A DNA stretch of 53,431 nt from Bacilli bacterium (lineage in GTDB: Bacteria > Bacillota_I > Bacilli_A > RFN20 > DUOF01), in assembly GCA_045612885.1 (NCBI GenBank), contig JAZKZZ010000009.1, positions 1 to 53,431 on the forward strand, in the 5' to 3' direction. Below the pieces are notes generated by a model, which was given only the letters and a program-made list of their open reading frames with translations, searched no databases and was not told the DNA's origin. Position 1 is the first letter of the stretch; every line of letters begins with the position of its first letter. Position numbers and translations under genes: made by a program. This document shows positions 49,539 to 53,431 of this stretch, one piece after another.

Positions 49539-52062
49539 GAGTAAAAGCACACCAAAGAAATCAGCCACAGTTAGTAATAAAACAGAACAACAAAAGAGAT
49601 TAGAGGCTAAACAAGTAGCTAGAAAAGGAGGAAATGTTGGAGATTTCTTTCCTGTTAAAAGTATAGAAAACGGGATAGTAACATTTACTAATGGTAAATA
49701 TGGAAAGGTTTTAAAAATAGGATCTTTGAACATTTCTTACTTATCAATTGATGAACAACATAGTAAGATGAGACAATTATCTAATGTTTTTAATGCAATA
49801 AGTGCTGACTGTTCTATTATTAAAATAGAGAGAAAATTAGATTTAACTTCTTCGCTAAAAAAACAGACAGCATTAATTCCTTTATTAGAAGAAAAATATA
49901 AAAATCTAGAGATGACTGAAAAAGGATTCATTCAAAGAAGAAACCAAATAGAATATGAATATGAACTAATTAATTCATACAATACAGAATATCCAGTAAT
50001 GCTTAAGTCTTTCTATTTGATGATTTATCATTCAAATAAAGAAATTCTTTTAGGTGCTGCAGATGATGCATTTGAAAAATTATCAGTGGCTAAATTGGAA
50101 CCTAAAATGTGTAATGATGCAGAAATAAAAACTATGTATTATTATTTTTATAATCCTGAAGGAAGAAGAAAAGAGGCTTTCTTTGAGCATAAAGATGTGG
50201 ATTATTTAAAAGAAGTATTACCTGAAAATATGGAATTCTTTGCTACTAAAATAAAAACGGATAGTGTTTATGAAAGTGTTATGTCTACGTATGATTATCC
50301 AAATGAGGTTGGAGGAGCTTGGCTTACTCCAATCATGAATATGCCTAATTGTACCTGTGTTGTTAATATTAGAAATGTAGAGCAATCTACTGCTAAAGCT
50401 TTAATGGATAAGGCGATAAGAGAAATTAATACTCAAATATTAGAAAGAGGTAAAATGAGTGAAAATATGTCTAAGAGAGCTCAACTTGATTCTTTTATGG
50501 AAGTATTAAGAGAGATAGAAAGAGGTAATGAGTATTTAAAACTTATTGGAATTTATGTTATGAGTTATGCTCCAACTGAAAAGGAATTAAGAACTAATAA
50601 TAGAAAAATTCTAAATCAATTCAAACAAATGAGATTTAAAGTGGATAAATTACCACTTAGACAAATGCAAGGATTAATTGCTATGTTACCTACTCCTAGA
50701 GATGATTTGATTCTTACAAATGGTAGGGATATACCTTCTATGACTTTAGGAGCATCATATCCATTTATGTTTCAAGATTTAAAAGATAAAGATGGATTCT
50801 TATTAGGATATAATGAATCTAGTTTGATTTTCTTTGATCCTAAAGTTAGAAGTCCTTCTAGAACAAATTCTAATATTATGGTTATTGGTAAATCAGGTAG
50901 TGGTAAATCACACTTTACTAAGAAAATGTTATTAAAACTAGTTCTCGAAGGGGTTAAAACATTTATTGTAGACCCTGAGGGTGAATATGATATTATGACT
51001 CAAAGATTAGGTGGACAAATCATTGATGTTGGTAGTGGTAATAACTCAAGAATTAATCCATTCCATATTTTTGGGGTTATGCAAGAAGAAAGTGGAGATG
51101 TAGTATTAACTAACGCTCAAATAAGAGATGGTTATAGAGCTATTTTCTCAAGTCACATTCAATTTTTAGAGCAATTCATGCAAAATTTGATTCCTGATAT
51201 GACCAATAGGGAAAACGCTAGATTATCAAAGATATTTACAGAAGCTTATGAATTAAAAAATATATCTAAATATGAAGATTTTTCTCAATACAAGACTACT
51301 GATTATCCAATAATGGATGATGTTATGGGATTAATTCAAAAGAGAATAAAAGTGTTAAGTGATATTATAGTGAAAGATAGTAATAGAGCTGTAGAGGTAG
51401 GAGCAGAACTTAACGATTTGAGAAATCTTGAAGTTTATATGGATAGATTGTGTGGAGAGGGTTCTTTATCTACATTATGGAATGGACCTACTACTATCGA
51501 TACTAAAAATAGCGATTTGATTTTATTTGACTTTAGAAAAATGACAAATAGTAAAAACGATCAAGTTATGAATGCACAAATGATGCTTGTTTTAAGATTC
51601 TTAGAAAATGAAGTTAGTAAGAATAGAGAGTATAACTTGGCTAAAGGTGATAATAGACACATTGCTATTGTGGTAGATGAGGCACACGTATTTATCGATG
51701 AAAGAAGTCCTGCAGCATTATACTTTATGCATAATATGATAAAGAGAATAAGAAAGTATAATGGTATATTTGTAGTTATTACTCAAAACGTTAATGACTT
51801 TGTGGGTAGTGCAAGTATTAAAAAATATACAACTTCTATTATAAACGGATGTCAATATTCATTTATTTTTGGTCTTAACCCGGCTGATTTACAAGCATTA
51901 ATTGATTTATATGCATCAGTTGGTGGTTTCTCTGATCAAGAAAAAGAATTTATCGCTAATGCTGGTATAGGACAATGTTTATTTGTAGTGGCTCCAGGAC
52001 AAAGAATAACTATGTATAAAGTTATTGTTAGTGCAAAGGAAGAATTAGCGTTTAAAAAATAA
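49525..52062 (+). CDS. virB4: VirB4-family T4SS ATPase, copy 2
   Basis: GKSGSGKS, IVDPEGEY, IVVDEAH, RIRKYNG, ITQN; collinear with copy 1 plus a basic ~30-aa N-terminal extension. Confidence 0.9.
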   Translation: MAKSKSKSTPKKSATVSNKTEQQKRLEAKQVARKGGNVGDFFPVKSIENGIVTFTNGKYGKVLKIGSLNISYLSIDEQHSKMRQLSNVFNAISADCSIIKIERKLDLTSSLKKQTALIPLLEEKYKNLEMTEKGFIQRRNQIEYEYELINSYNTEYPVMLKSFYLMIYHSNKEILLGAADDAFEKLSVAKLEPKMCNDAEIKTMYYYFYNPEGRRKEAFFEHKDVDYLKEVLPENMEFFATKIKTDSVYESVMSTYDYPNEVGGAWLTPIMNMPNCTCVVNIRNVEQSTAKALMDKAIREINTQILERGKMSENMSKRAQLDSFMEVLREIERGNEYLKLIGIYVMSYAPTEKELRTNNRKILNQFKQMRFKVDKLPLRQMQGLIAMLPTPRDDLILTNGRDIPSMTLGASYPFMFQDLKDKDGFLLGYNESSLIFFDPKVRSPSRTNSNIMVIGKSGSGKSHFTKKMLLKLVLEGVKTFIVDPEGEYDIMTQRLGGQIIDVGSGNNSRINPFHIFGVMQEESGDVVLTNAQIRDGYRAIFSSHIQFLEQFMQNLIPDMTNRENARLSKIFTEAYELKNISKYEDFSQYKTTDYPIMDDVMGLIQKRIKVLSDIIVKDSNRAVEVGAELNDLRNLEVYMDRLCGEGSLSTLWNGPTTIDTKNSDLILFDFRKMTNSKNDQVMNAQMMLVLRFLENEVSKNREYNLAKGDNRHIAIVVDEAHVFIDERSPAALYFMHNMIKRIRKYNGIFVVITQNVNDFVGSASIKKYTTSIINGCQYSFIFGLNPADLQALIDLYASVGGFSDQEKEFIANAGIGQCLFVVAPGQRITMYKVIVSAKEELAFKK

Positions 52063-52066
52063 ATAT

Positions 52067-52102
52067 AAAATCTACATCAATTGCAAAGATGTAGATTTTT
52101 TT
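52067..52102 (+). terminator. Intrinsic terminator ending T4SS-like locus
   Basis: AAAATCTACATC / GATGTAGATTTT followed by a T-tract. Confidence 0.85.
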
Positions 52103-52136
52103 ATGTGTAGTCTAGTATAATGAATATGGTGATTTT

Positions 52137-52994
52137 ATGAGAATGTGGATTATTTATACTAAACGTTATGAAACTAATGCTACATATTCTCCAACTATGA
52201 TGAAGGATGCAGCATTAAAAGCAAATATAGATGCAGATATATATTTTTCGGATTACTTTAATGTGGTTATAAAAGATAATCAAGAAATTTTATTTTATAA
52301 GGATAAAGAAATTACAGAGTATCCTGATATTGCTTTTTTTAGATGTTCTGCTTTTGAATTAATGGAGCATTTAGATAATAGAAAAGTAAAATTAGTTAAT
52401 TCTTATAAAGGAATGATTAGTGTAAGAGATAAATTTAAAACTCACCAAATCCTAAATCAGTTAAAAGTAAAACAACCGAAAACAATTTCTTCTAAATATC
52501 CGGATTTTAATTTATTGGCAGAAGAATTAGGCATACCATTTGTAATGAAAGATAATACAGGATTAAAAGGTAAGAATGTTTATCTTATAGATAATGAAGA
52601 AGAAATGAGAAACCTAATGAGTTCTAATGAGAAGATAAAGTTTATATTTCAAGAATATATAAAATTTTCTAAAGGTAAAGATATAAGATTGTATATTGTA
52701 GGAGATGAAGTGGTAGGTTCTATCACACGTATTTCACAAACTGGAGATTTTAGGGCTAACGTAAGTTTAGGGGGAATTGGTAAGGAGATAAAAGTACCTT
52801 TAAAACTAAAAAAAGAAGCAATTATGATTGCTAAAAAATTAGGATTATCTATATGTAGTGTGGATTATTTATATGATGAAAATAATTATATATTTTGTGA
52901 AGCTAATGGAAATGCTGCGTTTTCTGCATTTATTAAATTAGGATATAAAATGCAAGATATATTTATTGAATATATAAAAGCTAAGTATAGTTAA
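52137..52994 (+). CDS. RimK-family ATP-grasp ligase
   Basis: RDKFKTHQIL, QEYI, GKDIRLYIVG, DFRANVSLGG, CEANGN. Confidence 0.85.
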   Translation: MRMWIIYTKRYETNATYSPTMMKDAALKANIDADIYFSDYFNVVIKDNQEILFYKDKEITEYPDIAFFRCSAFELMEHLDNRKVKLVNSYKGMISVRDKFKTHQILNQLKVKQPKTISSKYPDFNLLAEELGIPFVMKDNTGLKGKNVYLIDNEEEMRNLMSSNEKIKFIFQEYIKFSKGKDIRLYIVGDEVVGSITRISQTGDFRANVSLGGIGKEIKVPLKLKKEAIMIAKKLGLSICSVDYLYDENNYIFCEANGNAAFSAFIKLGYKMQDIFIEYIKAKYS

Positions 52995-53038
52995 TGATAT
53001 AATAATTGTATTATAATATATATTGAGGAGTGATTAAT

Positions 53039-53431
53039 ATGCCATCAGGTTCGCATAGAGGTAGTAGAGGAAGCCATTCAAGTGGTGGAAGTAGAAGCAG
53101 TAGTTCATCATCAAGAGGAGGATCTCATAGAAGTTCATTTAGCTCATCAAGAGGATCTTCTTTTGGAGGATCTCATGGAAGGTTTCATGGTGGATATTCT
53201 AGATCATACCATCACCATCATAGACCATTTAGATTTAGATGGGGAGGAAGATACTATGTTTATACAGATGGTCTAACAGCAGGTGTTGCCCTTCTTATTA
53301 TGGGACTTTTGTTCTCTTTGGTATTTATTTTTGTAACAAGTGGAAATGTTAATTATTATAAAGATGAAATTAATTTAATTGAGATAGACTATTATTATTA
53401 TCAAGATATGATTGCCTATGCTGAAGCTAAC
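53039..53431 (+). CDS. Membrane protein with G/S/R/H-rich N-terminal region, 3'-truncated (absent from ORF track)
   Basis: RBS GAGGAG, ATG 53039, open to the window end: MPSGSHRGSRGSHSSGG...HHHHRPFRFRWGGRYY, then TM AGVALLIMGLLFSLVFIFV. Confidence 0.85.
   Translation, partial: MPSGSHRGSRGSHSSGGSRSSSSSSRGGSHRSSFSSSRGSSFGGSHGRFHGGYSRSYHHHHRPFRFRWGGRYYVYTDGLTAGVALLIMGLLFSLVFIFVTSGNVNYYKDEINLIEIDYYYYQDMIAYAEAN

Noticed and set aside
39327-52062. Calling the locus an ICE or conjugative element
   Set aside because: No integrase, transposase, relaxase, VirD4 or flanking direct repeats are visible, and the neighbours are ordinary chromosomal genes. It cannot be fully excluded without the rest of the genome.
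52137-52994. rimK-like gene as part of the T4SS locus
   Set aside because: It is separated by a strong terminator and has its own TATAAT. There is no sequence evidence of functional linkage.
53082-53276. 64-aa ORF in the track
   Set aside because: It is an alternate frame of the real gene starting at 53039, which has a proper RBS.

Overview
A very AT-rich chromosomal segment from a spore-forming Bacilli-like firmicute using genetic code 11. The lineage is inferred (Mollicutes/Erysipelotrichia-adjacent) and not provable from this window. Bases 1-18 match an MGI/BGISEQ adapter remnant. Most of the window is shuffled housekeeping and sporulation content: yabP-yabQ-divIC, tmk-holB-yaaT-rsmI, parS plus mnmG-rsmG-soj-spo0J, rluB, a trimeric [FeFe]-hydrogenase with superoxide reductase, pepC-pepF, dacB...spmAB, htrA, tgt-queA-queH, fer, cmk-der, three tandem bPH_2 paralogues, spoVIF and spoIVA. 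The standout is a 12.7 kb locus (39327-52062) directly after spoIVA. It encodes a stripped-down, internally duplicated type IV secretion-like machine: one VirB2-like pilin, two VirB6-like proteins with large unrelated C-terminal extensions (1555 and 636 aa), one PrgI/VirB3-like protein and two intact VirB4 ATPases. The window shows no relaxase, coupling protein, cell-wall hydrolase, integrase or att sites, so this may be a domesticated, non-conjugative T4SS. Other notable signals are a DnaA-box cluster over the promoter of an unknown gene (25946-26163), DnaA boxes inside coding sequence around parS, and a lipase-like hydrolase with Asp in place of the Ser nucleophile. No rRNA, tRNA, CRISPR array or intact transposase was seen.
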